Origin: Eledone cirrhosa
Taxonomy: Eukaryota
Assembly: GCA_964016885.1 (NCBI GenBank)
Contig: OZ024747.1
Span: forward strand, 83,824,001 to 83,888,000
Reading direction: 5' to 3'
DNA: 64,000 nt
Shown here: positions 11,589 through 23,102 of the stretch, one piece after another
Numbering within the stretch: position 1 is the stretch's first letter
Layout of the letters: every line of letters begins with the position of its first letter
Notes under the pieces: model-generated
The model's input: only the letters and a program-made list of their open reading frames with translations
The model's database searches: none
What the model was told of the DNA's origin: nothing
Made by a program: the position numbers and the translations under genes

Positions 11589-14500
11589 CTACAGGATGGT
11601 ATACAGAGAAGGCCCATTTACACGAGCCATTCTCGCCACTATCACCCACCTTTCATAAAACTGCCTGTGGCCAAGCACCTCTCTCTCCATTCTTATCCTT
11701 CTTCCGAAGTGATATCGGAAGAAGTAGACCAGACTATGGCCAGAGAGGAAGTTGCCTGACCTCAGACCTTTCAATCGCGTCCACCAAACAACCTCTTTCA
11801 ACATGGCTATTACGCACAGAAAAACCGCCTTTGCTTCCTTTGTGAAGAGGGGAGGCGGTTTGATTGTCATCACGGACTCGGCGGTCAATTTAATCGGCGC
11901 CACCCGCGACAGCAGTTGTTCGGCGTAGCCCCACAGATCAGCCACGCCCGGACATTGCACCAATGCGTGCGCTACGGTTTCTTCGTGACGCACGCATCTA
12001 GGGCAAATCTTTTTTGAGGGATCCCTGCCCGGGCGCCCGTGTCTGTAGAGCCTCTCTCGAACGGGTAGAGCCCCTCGGTAGCACTGCCAGGCCAGTGACT
12101 TCTGGAAGTTGTCCATTGGTCCTGGGCCGAAAGTCCTACCGAATAGGCTGGCCAGTTCGTCTTCTTCCATGTCCAGCGACTCTCCAAGGGTGTCATCGCC
12201 CCTGCTAGCCACCAGCCCTCTATAGAATGATGAGGTGGATTCTCCACCGATGGCCTGGCCCGCTTGCCAGAGAGCCCTGAGCGCCTGAGCACACTCAGTG
12301 TGCCAGTCTCCCAGTTTTCCGGATCTTTGCTTGACCCAGGACTGTAGCTCGGTGAGTGAGACGAGTCTCGGAAAGGCTCGTTTCACGAACGGAGCCCACA
12401 CCGGTTGACCAGTGAGGAATACCTGTAGGTGCCGTAGCCTTAATGCGTGCCTACGCATCATCAACCACGGCATCCCCAGCCCTCCTTTCGAAGGTTGTTG
12501 GCAGCAGATGGATCTTCTCACCATAGGAGGACGCTTCTTCCAAAGAAATTGGAAGAGCATGCGTTCCATGGTGGTGAGTGTTTCCTTAGGGCAAGGCACG
12601 ACAGTCAGGCGGTAGTAAGTGACGGACGCTATGTAAATGTTCGCCACCTCCGCCCGGCCTTTTAGGGACAGCTTACACTTGGCCCATTTCTGGGTTAGTG
12701 CAAACACCTTGTTCGTAACCTCGTTCCAGTTCTTTTCCACCTGGAGGTCCGGTCCAAACCAGACCCCAAGCAACTTTACCGGGCCCTCCGTCCAGTGTCC
12801 GACGACACCGTCAGGAGGCATCGGTTTGCCTCTCCACGTTCCGAGTTGCAGCCCGATGGATTTTTCCCGGTTCAGTTTCGCTCCTGACAACCTTTCGTAC
12901 TCCTCCAGTAAGGTACCGATCGCCTCGATCTCCGAGTCGGTTGATACCATTACTGTTACGTCATCGGCGTAGGCCGACACCGCTTTGCTCAATCCTGGTT
13001 CCAGGGGGATACCCTGCAACAACTCCAACTTCCTCAGTAAAGGCTCGAGAGTCAATACGTACAGAAGGGAGGAGAGAGGGCACCCCTGTCGAATGGATCG
13101 TGTGATTTCGAACGGCTTCGAAAGGTAGCCGTTCACCTTGATCCTAGAACAGATGTGGTTGCTATGTAGGGCAGTGATCCAGCCTCTGAAAACAGGACCG
13201 AACCCAGCCGCCGCTAGCACCGCATCCAGGTAACCATGGTCGATCCTATCGAAGGCCTTAGACTGATCCAAGTTGATCAGGGCCCCACCGAAGCCGGGTT
13301 TGTTGCCAACCCTCTCTATGATGTATCGCATGAGGTGGAGGTTATCGTGAATGGACCTGGATGGGATAGCACATGTCTGCGCATCTCCCACCAGGCCACC
13401 CACGACAAGCGCCAACCTCTTTGCTAACACCTTGGCCAAAATCTTTAACTCTGTGTTTAGCAGGGTTATGGGCCGAAAATTATTTATACTATCCCCCTTG
13501 TTCTCGTCCTTCCTCACCAGCGTGACTACGCCCTTGGCTACAGAACAAGGAATTCTCCCGTTCTGCTGCCAATTGCAGTAGACCGCTTCGAGGAGTTCGG
13601 AGAAGAAGACCGGCATTGCTAAATAAAGTTCGTAAGGTATACCATCGAGACCTGGAGATTTGCGTCTGCTGCATTGGCTCAGCGCATCTCCGATCTCATC
13701 AGCCGAGATTGGTCCCTCGCAGGACTCTGCCTCTTTGCTCGAGAGACGCGGCAGGCCGTCGAGGTATGGACCGAAATCCACGCCCCGGCCCGGACCCTCG
13801 CCTCCCCCGAACAATCGGGCAAAGTGCTTTTGAAAGGCCTCGCACATCTGCTTAGGCTCCCGGATCACTCGTCCATCTTCGTCTTGCAACGACCGGATGG
13901 TGGATCGATTTCCACTCTTAGCTTCTGTCACGCGGGCCCATCCAACGGCTTTGGCCCCCTCATTACCTAGAGCACGTATTTTACTTCGAATGACGCAGCC
14001 TTCATGCTTTGCATCGAAAAACTGGTTCAAGGCCGTCCTCGATGCCAGCACTCTGGCCACATCTTCGCTCTTGATTGCCTCTTCTAATTTACCTGCTAAT
14101 TCTTTCTCGTTTCTATTCCTATCGGCAGCTAACATCTTGCTATAACTTATTGATTCTGTTCTAATCTCTCTTTTGAGAGATGCCCACCATCGGTTGTTGA
14201 CGATTGCACCCGTCAACCTCTCCTTAACTAATCTGCTAATCCGGTTTCTGTAAGTCTCTTTTGCCGGTAAAGACAAATTAAGTTTCCAGTAACCGGGACC
14301 CTGTCTATGTGTTTTCTCGAGATTGACCACGCAGGTCACTAATTTGTGATCCGTGTAGCCAACCGTGCGCATTTCTGGACAGCTTAATATGTCCCTATCC
14401 TTACTTCTAACTAAGAATCTATCTAAGTACGATCTAGATTGACCACTGTGGTTTCTCCAAGTCCAGGTAGGCACAGTTGGAAAATCTAGTCGATATCTAT

Positions 14501-15026
14501 CGACCAAGTTAAAACGGTCGAGTAACCCCTTGAGGCTGTTACACCCCCCTCTATTAGGACATGCTCCTGCATAGTCCCAACGTGCATCCAGGATGCCATT
14601 CCAATCCCCCGCTAGAAGCAGGGAACGCGACGTTCCCAGAAAAGTCTCCAAACGCTGGAAGAAGTCGGGCCGTTCAGCTCCGAAAGGGGAGTAGACGGCG
14701 ACCAGTCTCAAAGCCGCACTTTCACTACTGCCAACGTCTAGCACCAACAAACGACCCTCCGGGTCCGAGTGCACAACCTGTACGGCAAGACCCAGGTGTT
14801 TTTGCAGCAGTACGACAACCCCACCCCCACCTCCAGGTTGACAGAGAGATGCATGCACCTCAAAGTCATCGAAGGTGGGGGCCAGCTGCCGCATGACGCT
14901 GATTCGAGTCTCACAGATAACCATTACATTTATACTACATGACCTGAGGTCATTTAGAAGCTTTGCTTGCTTCCAAGTTGAGCCCAGGCCACGTGCATTC
15001 AAACATCCTACTCTTAACACATCCAT
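11589..15026 (-). CDS. ORF2p: APE endonuclease + reverse transcriptase + CCHC (1145 aa)
   Basis: NARGL, CETR, GDWN, YLDR, TDH; KSPGLDG, LDQSKAFDRIDH, RQGCPLS, YADD; CPRCVRHEETVAHALVQC. Same length as copy E ORF2. Confidence 0.96.
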   Translation of the reverse strand: MDVLRVGCLNARGLGSTWKQAKLLNDLRSCSINVMVICETRISVMRQLAPTFDDFEVHASLCQPGGGGGVVVLLQKHLGLAVQVVHSDPEGRLLVLDVGSSESAALRLVAVYSPFGAERPDFFQRLETFLGTSRSLLLAGDWNGILDARWDYAGACPNRGGCNSLKGLLDRFNLVDRYRLDFPTVPTWTWRNHSGQSRSYLDRFLVRSKDRDILSCPEMRTVGYTDHKLVTCVVNLEKTHRQGPGYWKLNLSLPAKETYRNRISRLVKERLTGAIVNNRWWASLKREIRTESISYSKMLAADRNRNEKELAGKLEEAIKSEDVARVLASRTALNQFFDAKHEGCVIRSKIRALGNEGAKAVGWARVTEAKSGNRSTIRSLQDEDGRVIREPKQMCEAFQKHFARLFGGGEGPGRGVDFGPYLDGLPRLSSKEAESCEGPISADEIGDALSQCSRRKSPGLDGIPYELYLAMPVFFSELLEAVYCNWQQNGRIPCSVAKGVVTLVRKDENKGDSINNFRPITLLNTELKILAKVLAKRLALVVGGLVGDAQTCAIPSRSIHDNLHLMRYIIERVGNKPGFGGALINLDQSKAFDRIDHGYLDAVLAAAGFGPVFRGWITALHSNHICSRIKVNGYLSKPFEITRSIRQGCPLSSLLYVLTLEPLLRKLELLQGIPLEPGLSKAVSAYADDVTVMVSTDSEIEAIGTLLEEYERLSGAKLNREKSIGLQLGTWRGKPMPPDGVVGHWTEGPVKLLGVWFGPDLQVEKNWNEVTNKVFALTQKWAKCKLSLKGRAEVANIYIASVTYYRLTVVPCPKETLTTMERMLFQFLWKKRPPMVRRSICCQQPSKGGLGMPWLMMRRHALRLRHLQVFLTGQPVWAPFVKRAFPRLVSLTELQSWVKQRSGKLGDWHTECAQALRALWQAGQAIGGESTSSFYRGLVASRGDDTLGESLDMEEDELASLFGRTFGPGPMDNFQKSLAWQCYRGALPVRERLYRHGRPGRDPSKKICPRCVRHEETVAHALVQCPGVADLWGYAEQLLSRVAPIKLTAESVMTIKPPPLFTKEAKAVFLCVIAMLKEVVWWTRLKGLRSGNFLSGHSLVYFFRYHFGRRIRMEREVLGHRQFYERWVIVARMARVNGPSLYTIL

Positions 15027-15059
15027 GTGGGCGGCAGAGCCAAAGGAGAGTGTAGAGAC

Positions 15060-16956
15060 CTACCTTTCCGCTTCCCGGGGTTCGGGTTGCACGACTTCCA
15101 TGGGGTCGGGGGTGTTGGGTGAAGGGGTGTCTTGTGGTGGTGTGGGGTCGTCAGTGTGTGGTGGGGTTGGGGTGTTTGGAGTTGTGTTGGGGAGGGGAAG
15201 GGGAGGGGGAAAGCTTTTTAGTAGGACGCGGTTTATGGGTTTGACAGAGGGTGGTCCTACGTCCTCCTTAAAATCCTTTTTTTAGTTTTTGGTAGAGGTT
15301 CATTGGGATCTTTATTAGTTTTAAATGTGGGTGGTTTTCTGACGAAACAAAGTTTACACCTTCGGTTTGTACCGAAGGATTATTGTATATGAGTTCATTT
15401 AATTTATTATTGTTTCTGTTGATGTAAGTATAGTGTAATGTCTTTTTTTCCGATGGTGTGAGTGTTTCGAAGAGGGGAGGGGCAGGTTTGGTTTTGTTTG
15501 TTGCTGGAGGGGTGTTTTCTGTTTTGTTGGATTGTGTTGCGATTTGGGTGGGGGTTGTTTGTCCTGTGTGTTTTGCACATGTTTTCTTTTTTTCCTTTTA
15601 ATCTGTCTGAAGGACTCCGTTTCTTCCTCCGAATTCGTTGGGTTATCTTCAGTGTTGGAGGGAAGAGGTATGTTTGCTGGTAATGTTTCCGTGTTGGTTT
15701 TCTTTGTGGGGGAGATGGATGTCACTATGTTAGACTGTGTTGTGTCTGCGGTGGTTGTGTTGTTTTATTGAGTGAGAAGTTGGGTGGGCCTGTATTTTGT
15801 TTTGGGGTAATGTGTTGTGACTGCTTGTGTTGTGGTGGTGTTGTGGTTTTACTGAGGGACGGGTTGGGTGGGACTGAGTTTTGTTGTTTGTTTATCTGTT
15901 GTGGTGGTGGTGGTGGAGCTGGTGTTGGTAGCAGGGTTTTCTTTTTGTTGAGTTGGGGACAAGCGGCCTTCAGGTGCCCTCTGCCTGCACAGATATGGCA
16001 GGACGGCCTTCTCCCCTCCACGCTAATGTTTATATACCCGTGGTCCTCTAATAGGATTCTGTCGGGTATTTGGGCGATGCGTTCAGGCTTCATTTGTACT
16101 ACCAGCTCTATACCTGTTCCACTGAACGCATTGCCTGTGGTTTTCCCAATGGAAATCACGTTGTCATTCACTGGATCGATGAAGCCAGCTATGAGCCAGC
16201 AGTAGTCCACATCTGGCATCATTGCATCCAGCCATATGCGTTGAGTTTTTTTCCCCATATAAGATGGATAAAAGGTGAAATTTTTCGAACGAATCGGTGA
16301 CAAAGCACATTTTTTTGCCGCCGATTCGTTCTTCATGATAATTGCTAGGCTTCCATACAGTCTGTCTTTTCTTATGAAAGTTGTTTCATTCAGTACTTCT
16401 GTGAGTACTGTTTTGATATCTGCTTGAGAAGGCTGTTCAGGTTTTTTTGTACTGTTGTTGATGGTCCGAAACTTGACCGTTCGGCTTTCAATGTCTTTCG
16501 TGAATTCTTGAGGCATTTTTACCAATAAAATACCATTCTCACCTTCACTTATGTATTGTTTGGCGTCCGTGATCCTTCGTACCACATCTGAAATGTTTTC
16601 CGCTATATAAGTCAAAGATTTCTTTGTTTTCTGTGCAAATGAAATCTTGTCGTCTGCTTTGTTTTCTGATATGGTGTTATTTTCAACTGTTATTTTTTTG
16701 TTTGTTGTGTCTTTGTTTGTGTTATTAGTATTGTCATGCAATTTTTCAAATTTTTTTTTTTTTCGTTGTTGGAATCCAAGTCCAGATTTATGTTTTCGTC
16801 ATTTAATTTTTTCTCCGCAGATTCGTCCGTTTTTATTTTCATTTTTCCTTCCTTCTCTATGACGTTAGTTGGGAAGGAAGGGAGGACTAAAGCGTGCGAG
16901 CTTACAACTCTTACCGCTGTCCCCCCACCACTATTTTCGTTCGCTGCGTTTAACAT
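15060..16956 (-). CDS. ORF1p of copy F with about four frameshifts, mostly at A-runs
   Basis: N-terminus MLNAANENSGGGTAVR resembles MNAASNDNGGGEAVR of copy E; KISFA; zinc knuckle CHICAGRGHLKAAC; C-terminus VKPINRVLLK..PMEVVQPEPREAER* matches copy E. Confidence 0.78.
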
Positions 16957-17190
16957 TTCTGTTAGACGATTGAAATTTTTTACACAAAATTTTTTAAAAC
17001 AGGTTTTTCACCTCTAGGAGGGGTAAAGATGAGCTGACCCACCGCCTGACAGTTCAGACGGAGGGTCAAGCTACACAATTGTATCAAAATTAAGTTTGAA
17101 CTCACAAAATTTCCTCAATAAATTTGAACAAAACTTCTGTGCGAAGTGAATGACATCCACACTGTAGAACAGACGACAGCTAGATTGTCT

Positions 17191-17234
<44 letters not shown>

Positions 17235-17259
17235 GTAGGTAGGTAGGTAGATAGATAGA

Positions 17260-17588
17260 TTTCTTTATTAGCCACAAGGGCGCAACAAGAAAAGGGGACA
17301 ATACAAAGACATGCCGGGGATTTTACATACAGTCGTGTAAAAAATATAAAAACCAACAATTTCAACAATCGAAATCCCCAATAGGGGGGGAGGCGCCACA
17401 AATGGGTTGTTTAATACCCCGTCGATAGAACAACCCTCAACTCCAGGAGCTTGTTGTGCAAGTGCTCCTTTCTTCCTTTTGCTCTCTTCCTCAACCTACA
17501 GGCTTATAAACAGAGAAGGCCCAATCACTCGGGCCATTTTCGCTTCATTCACCCACCTTTCAGTAAATTTACTGGGGTGCAGCACCTC
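17260..17588 (-). mobile_element. Tx1-like copy G (3'UTR plus ORF2 tail)
   Basis: EVLHPSKFTERWVNEAKMARVIGPSLFISL*; close to copy D; 5' junction in GATAGATAG. Confidence 0.88.
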
Positions 17589-18383
17589 ATAGATAGATAG
17601 ACGGGACCACGTACTACACAAGACTGGGCTGGTTACACACAATAATTGAAAACTAACTTGTATTCTGTCATAGAAGTATTTAGTGACCCGCTTGACCAGT
17701 TAATAGATTAAAAGATACAGGGCATTGAACTATACTTTAAGCCTGCGTTATCTACTACAGAGTCCATACCCACCCTCGCCAAATCATTTGACAGGTTCAT
17801 AACACCTTACCATTTTCTCAACCGCCTTGGATATTTTCATAACCCTGCTACACGGTAATGATGTTTAATGATTTATTTATTGATCGCAGGAAATTCTTAT
17901 ATACTTAATTTAATTATAGAAATTTGTATCAAACTGATCCCTTATGATTGAGTAATGCGCCTCTCTGAGGTGTGTGCCCTAGAGAGTTGCCTTGTTCGCC
18001 TCAATGGCAGCATCTGTCCGGTATATAGTGTATATAAATGTGTGGCTACGAACTATGTAAAACTGGGCTCACTATAGATAATAACTGTGGCTACGTACTG
18101 GGCTGGCTATAGATAATGGCTGTTAACTCACAGATGTTACGTGATGTTACGTGGGGGAAGTGATGGAAGTGATGGAAGCACTCAGTTACCCGCTCAGTCA
18201 ATCAATTAAACGATTAGAAAATGCGAAACGTATGCTGGCTTCTTATGCTTTAAATTATATAATTCTTTCAACCATTTCACTATTTCATTAACGGGAAACT
18301 GTGAATAGTCCCTCATGTCTCCTTCCTTCTCATAGTGAAACAGAACCGAGGAGAGAGAAAGAGAGAGAGAGACGGAGAGGAGC

Positions 18384-18414
<31 letters not shown>

Positions 18415-18740
18415 TAAGGGTGAAAGACAAAGTTGACCTATGGAAGGTAACTTCAGCAGACGTTACCAATGGTAATATATTGAAATGATATACCCTGCTA
18501 TATGAAGGGCGGTGGAAGCATTTCTGAATTGGGAGGGGAATTTCTTTTAATTTAGTTGTGGTGATTAATTTAGCTGTTATTATCAAATATCAGCCAAGAT
18601 ATAAAACACTTCGATATGAGATAAATATAACATGTACATACATTGTAACATATATACAAATAGATATGTTTTGGTAGTTTGGGGAGGAAATATATAATTA
18701 TTGGTGAACATATATTTGGAACTCTCTTCCCTCATACTTT

Positions 18741-18859
18741 TCGCCTGAAGAAGGGCTTATGCCCGAAACGTCGTTCCTCACCACCACCCCACTCTCAAGA
18801 GCGTGAAACTAATAAACCTTTGTTCGTACTGTCTCTCTGTTTTGTTCCCGTTCAATTTT

Positions 18860-18865
<6 letters not shown>
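18741..18865 (+). mobile_element. Penelope-type terminal repeat fragment with a hammerhead-like core; inverted partner at 19308-19395
   Basis: CTGAAGA-A-GGGC-TTAT-GCCC-GAAA-CGTC followed by AATAAA and (TA)n; the downstream 85 bp recur inverted at 19308-19395. Confidence 0.6.
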
Positions 18866-18934
<69 letters not shown>

Positions 18935-18963
18935 AGATCAAAAGATGGTTAAAGGAGTTCCAT

Positions 18964-19035
18964 GTATTTTATTATGCGCATTTCAAAAACAAACATCATC
19001 ATGCAATAATATTTGTGTTTTCATCAGATAAAACA
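18964..19035 (-). ncRNA. Degenerate minimal hammerhead motif
   Basis: Minus strand: TGTTTTAT-CTGATGA-AAAC...GTTTTT-GAAA-TGCG-CA-TAATAAAATAC; the UH site is mutated. Confidence 0.45.
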
Positions 19036-19113
19036 GGAGAACATGATATGAAGGCTAAAAAACACTTGTGGATAGTGCAGTTTTAAATCAACATATCAAT
19101 AAAACTCACCTCC

Positions 19114-19149
<36 letters not shown>

Positions 19150-19150
<1 letters not shown>

Positions 19151-19290
19151 CAAAGAAAGTGTGGTAAGAAACCAGGTGGACCATAACGCACCAGAGTACT
19201 CGATACTTAGGGCAGTAGAGTGAGTAATAGGGAAATTGTCAGGGCCCCAACGGCCGTAGCTCAGCCGTCGGGGTCCTGACTCTTTTCCTA
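19150..19290. repeat. Short interspersed repeat next to (TA)n; further copies at 23805-23982 and 39378-39498
   Basis: Shared AACCAGGTGGACCATAACGCACCAGAGTACTCGATACTTAGGG...GGGTCCTGACTCTTTTCCTATA. Confidence 0.8.
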
Positions 19291-19391
19291 TATATATATA
19301 TATATATATAGTGAAAAATTGGACGGGAACAAAACAGAGAGGCAGTACAAACAAAGGTTTATTAATTTCACGCTCTTGAGAGTGGGGTGGT

Positions 19392-19461
<70 letters not shown>

Positions 19462-19749
19462 AGTGCTAATTTTGTCAGCTCTCGTAAAAGTAGGTAAGCG
19501 TGACGAAATTTGAAATTGTAAAAATGAGATAAAACCAAATAACAAAATAAAGAAATATTTTCTGAGAGAAATTCTGAAATGTAATCTGATTGTATAGTCT
19601 TTGATAGAGACATCAAATAAATTTAGTAAATTCCATAGCATATATCGTTGTTTATATACGTTGACGCTAGATATTCACAGTTTATAGATGTTTCACTAGA
19701 TTATCTAATATAGGTGCTGGCTTAAGAGATACATATGCTATATATAGAG

Positions 19750-20228
19750 TCGGCGCTACTATTAAGGCCAATAACACAGCTCTGTATGGCGCAGACCTCA
19801 ACAGAGACATATATTCTTAAAGGTTCGCAGACGCTATCATTAAGACCAATAAGGCAGATCTCTATGGCGCAGACCTCAACAGAGACACATATATTCTTAA
19901 AGGTTCGCAGACGCTACTATTAAGTCCAATAACACAGGTCTCTATGGCGCAGACCTCAACAGAGACACATATATTCTTAAAGGTTCGCAGACGCTATCAT
20001 TAAGACCAATAAGGCAGCTCTCTATGGCGCAGACCTCAACAGAGACACATATATTCTTAAAGGTTCACAGACGCTACTATTAAGTCCAATAAGGCAGCTC
20101 TCTATGGCACAGACCTCAACAGAGACACATATATTCTTAAAGGTTCACAGATACTATCATTAAGACCAATAACACAGGTCTCTATGGCGCAGACCTCAAC
20201 AGAGACACATACATTCTTAAAGGTTCAT
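19750..20228. repeat. 80-bp tandem repeat x6 with alternating A/B units
   Basis: TCTATGGC(G/A)CAGACCTCAACAGAGACAC recurs at 19861, 19941, 20021, 20101 and 20181; CTACTATT and CTATCATT alternate. Confidence 0.92.
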
Positions 20229-21114
20229 AGTTTTATATAATGTATATAATTAACTTATATATATTAATAATTTTCTATGATCAATGAATAAATCGCTAAA
20301 CATCATTGCTTTTTAGCAGCATTGTGAAAATATCGAACGTGGTAGAGAGGGTCATATGGTGTTATGACATGTACATTGATTTGGTGTGGGGGAGTGTGGA
20401 CTGTATAGTCGAAAATGCAGGTTTAATAATTTTCTTAGTACAGTCAGAGCAAGAAGTATTGAATACTAGGTTTGTCAGCTTGCGAAACTGTACGTTGAAT
20501 GTTTTTATTTGGAAGAAGAAGGCGCATAAAAGGAGAAGGGGGTGTGTGCATATTTTAGGGATAACCAAGGGTGCTAAATTCCACGGCCACGGCCCAGTTG
20601 ATACCAGATATTCACTGTCTATCGATGTTGAAAAGATAATAAAATATAGGTATTACTATAATAGATATGTATGCTATAGATAATAGTTAGTAACTTGGCA
20701 GGTTATACCATCTCTCTCTCTCTCTTGGTGGATGTTATGTAATTTGCCACAGCTTATAGTTGCCGAGTAGATACGAACAACTTACAAGAGCTGCCTGAAC
20801 AAACACAACCTGTAGTTGATAACTGATTAGATATATGTAGATATCTATCATGTAGAAAAGAAACACTTTAGTAGGGATCGGGCTGCTGATTATTATAATC
20901 ATTATTAGTTTTTTTATTATCATCATTTAGTCGGAAGAATTGAGAGGTGGTGCCCATGAACTTTGTGGGAAACCTTTAAACTAACGAAATCGATAAGGAT
21001 GATGTCCTGTTTAAACTGTAGGTTGTTTATGAGATAGATAAAAAGAAGGAAAAATACAGACAGGAAGGGAATTACAGACAGCTAGAATTATGAACGAAAT
21101 ATTTACTGTATAGA

Positions 21115-21252
21115 CGGCGACTTGGCAGAGTTACAGAAAGTCGGATAGAATGCTTTGCAATATTTGTTCCGGCTCTTTGCATTCTGAGTTCAAATCCCAC
21201 CGAGGTCCACTTCACCTTTCATCCTTTCAAGCTCGATAAAAAAAAAGTACCA
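21115..21252 (+). mobile_element. tRNA-head SINE with Deu/Nin-like core, diverged (second diverged copy at 21722-21850)
   Basis: B-box GAGTTCAAATCC followed by ACTT..CCTTTCATCCTTTC...TCGATAAA. Confidence 0.7.
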
Positions 21253-21333
21253 ATCCTGTCTGTATTGGAATTGATTCACCTTCCATGTCTCTTTCTTACT
21301 TCCTCTCTATCACACACACTTTCTCCTTCTCAG

Positions 21334-21388
21334 GAAGAAATCAGCTGTGTTCAGACCTGGAGAGGGATTGGCTTCGCCAGGTGTATAA
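21334..21388 (+). CDS. Candidate terminal host exon (KKSAVFRPGEGLASPGV*)
   Basis: Pyrimidine tract plus CAG acceptor, stop TAA, AATAAA at 21429; shares VFRPGEG with the candidate exon at 34257. Confidence 0.35.
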
Positions 21389-22014
21389 TACCCAAGACAT
21401 GTTGCATGTTATTACGTTCCATTGCATGAATAAACGACTACTGGTCTTCAACAAAAATACAGAGCCCAGGGCCATTAAAAGCTAACATTTTATTTCAACA
21501 AACCAACGTCCATGCATGAATATATTTACTGTGTGGTAAGAAAAAGTGAGACACAATAGAGATATTGCCAGAAGACGTAACGGATGCTTAGGGTAGGCCA
21601 ACATAGAGGCAGTATTAAGCTTTGTTTTTTGTTATTTTAAACGAATAATCGTCGCAATGGTTGGAGAAGAAGAACGAGACAACAGTGCATCTAAACGGTA
21701 TTACTTGTATGTGCTTATCAAAGGCGATTCGGCAGAGTCATTGGAACATTGGATAGAATTCTTTGCGACGTTTCTAGTTCTTTGCGCTTTGAGTTCAAAT
21801 TCCATGGCGGTCAATTTTGCCTTTCGTCCTTTCGAGGTTGATACATAAACGATCAATCAGTATTGGGATCGATTCTTCTTCTACCTCTCTTTCTCACCTT
21901 CTGTGTTTCAGTATTTTTCTCTATAGTTATTTTTCTCTACCGATGATGTTCTAGGGAAAGGTAAAGGCCGATAGAGTTTGGCACCTCTGTCGTCATAACT
22001 CATTTGTTTTCCTA

Positions 22015-22137
22015 CCTGAGTCGACTGGAACAACGTGAAATAAAATGTCTTGCTGAAGGACCCAGCCTGCCGTCTGATCCAGGAATTCAACTCACAGCCT
22101 TACGAACGTGTAACCAGTACCATAACCACTAAGCTAC
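22015..22137 (-). mobile_element. Second tRNA-head SINE family (GTCCTTGAGCAAGACACTT core), diverged
   Basis: Homologous to 36840-36972 and 43803-43890; A-box TAGCTTAGTGG. Confidence 0.6.
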
Positions 22138-22243
22138 TCATTTTCTAAACCATACAATATTCAACTGTAACCTTTGACATAGGTAAGTGTGTGCTGTGTA
22201 GTCGAAAATGCAGGCTTAATAAGTATTTTAGTACCGTCAGAGC

Positions 22244-22304
<61 letters not shown>

Positions 22305-22347
22305 GAAAGGTATAGAAAGTATTGTAGCAAGAAGCCAACAGTATTCC

Positions 22348-22419
<72 letters not shown>

Positions 22420-22425
<6 letters not shown>

Positions 22426-22800
22426 TAAAAGGAAAAGAAAATGCTGACAAATTGTTCCCAGTGAAAAATAGTTTAATTAGGAATAAGTAAAAATTAGTAA
22501 TAGTATTGGTTAGTATTCAGTTTTGGTTTTAAGTTTTACCGGTTGCGCATTTCTAATGCTTTTCAAAAATAATTTTGAGATAGAGCGCCCGTGATGTTTG
22601 CTCTAATCTGATTAGTTTGGGAAATTCTACCTGTTTTATGTAAAAAAAAGTTCCTCCAGATGTATGAAAAAATTCTTGTGGTCAAAACAATTTTGATTGG
22701 TCGGTAGAGGTCATGTGAATGTTAAAAATTGATTTTGCGCCAAATGTAGGTTTGTCTCGGCTGATTGAGAAGTCACTGAAAAATAAGTCTTTCAAGACAA

Positions 22801-22834
<34 letters not shown>

Positions 22835-23052
22835 TAGTAGTAAAGAGGATCGTTGTTGTGATAATGGTCAGCAAGGATGTGTGTGCGAACCGCAGCTTGT
22901 TGACAGTTCAAATGCCTATTAAGACAAGTGTGTGTGTGTGTGTAGCAGAGTAATTCGTGGTAGAGGGATGGTCAGTAGGAATGTGTCTGTACGTGTGTGG
23001 GGAAAATTTTAACATGTTAAACGATATTTTTCAGCTCTTGTCTTATACGGAG

Positions 23053-23102
<50 letters not shown>

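Larger units (their letters stand above)
11378..17190 (-). mobile_element. Full-length Tx1/L1-clade non-LTR retrotransposon copy F (diverged sister subfamily)
   Basis: Same architecture as copy E; bounded by GATA tracts on both sides. Confidence 0.95.

Noticed and set aside
5486-17190. Tandem segmental duplication or LTR element
   Set aside because: The copies are strongly diverged; there are no LTRs, integrase or protease; the short flanking copies are 5'-truncated LINE 3' ends
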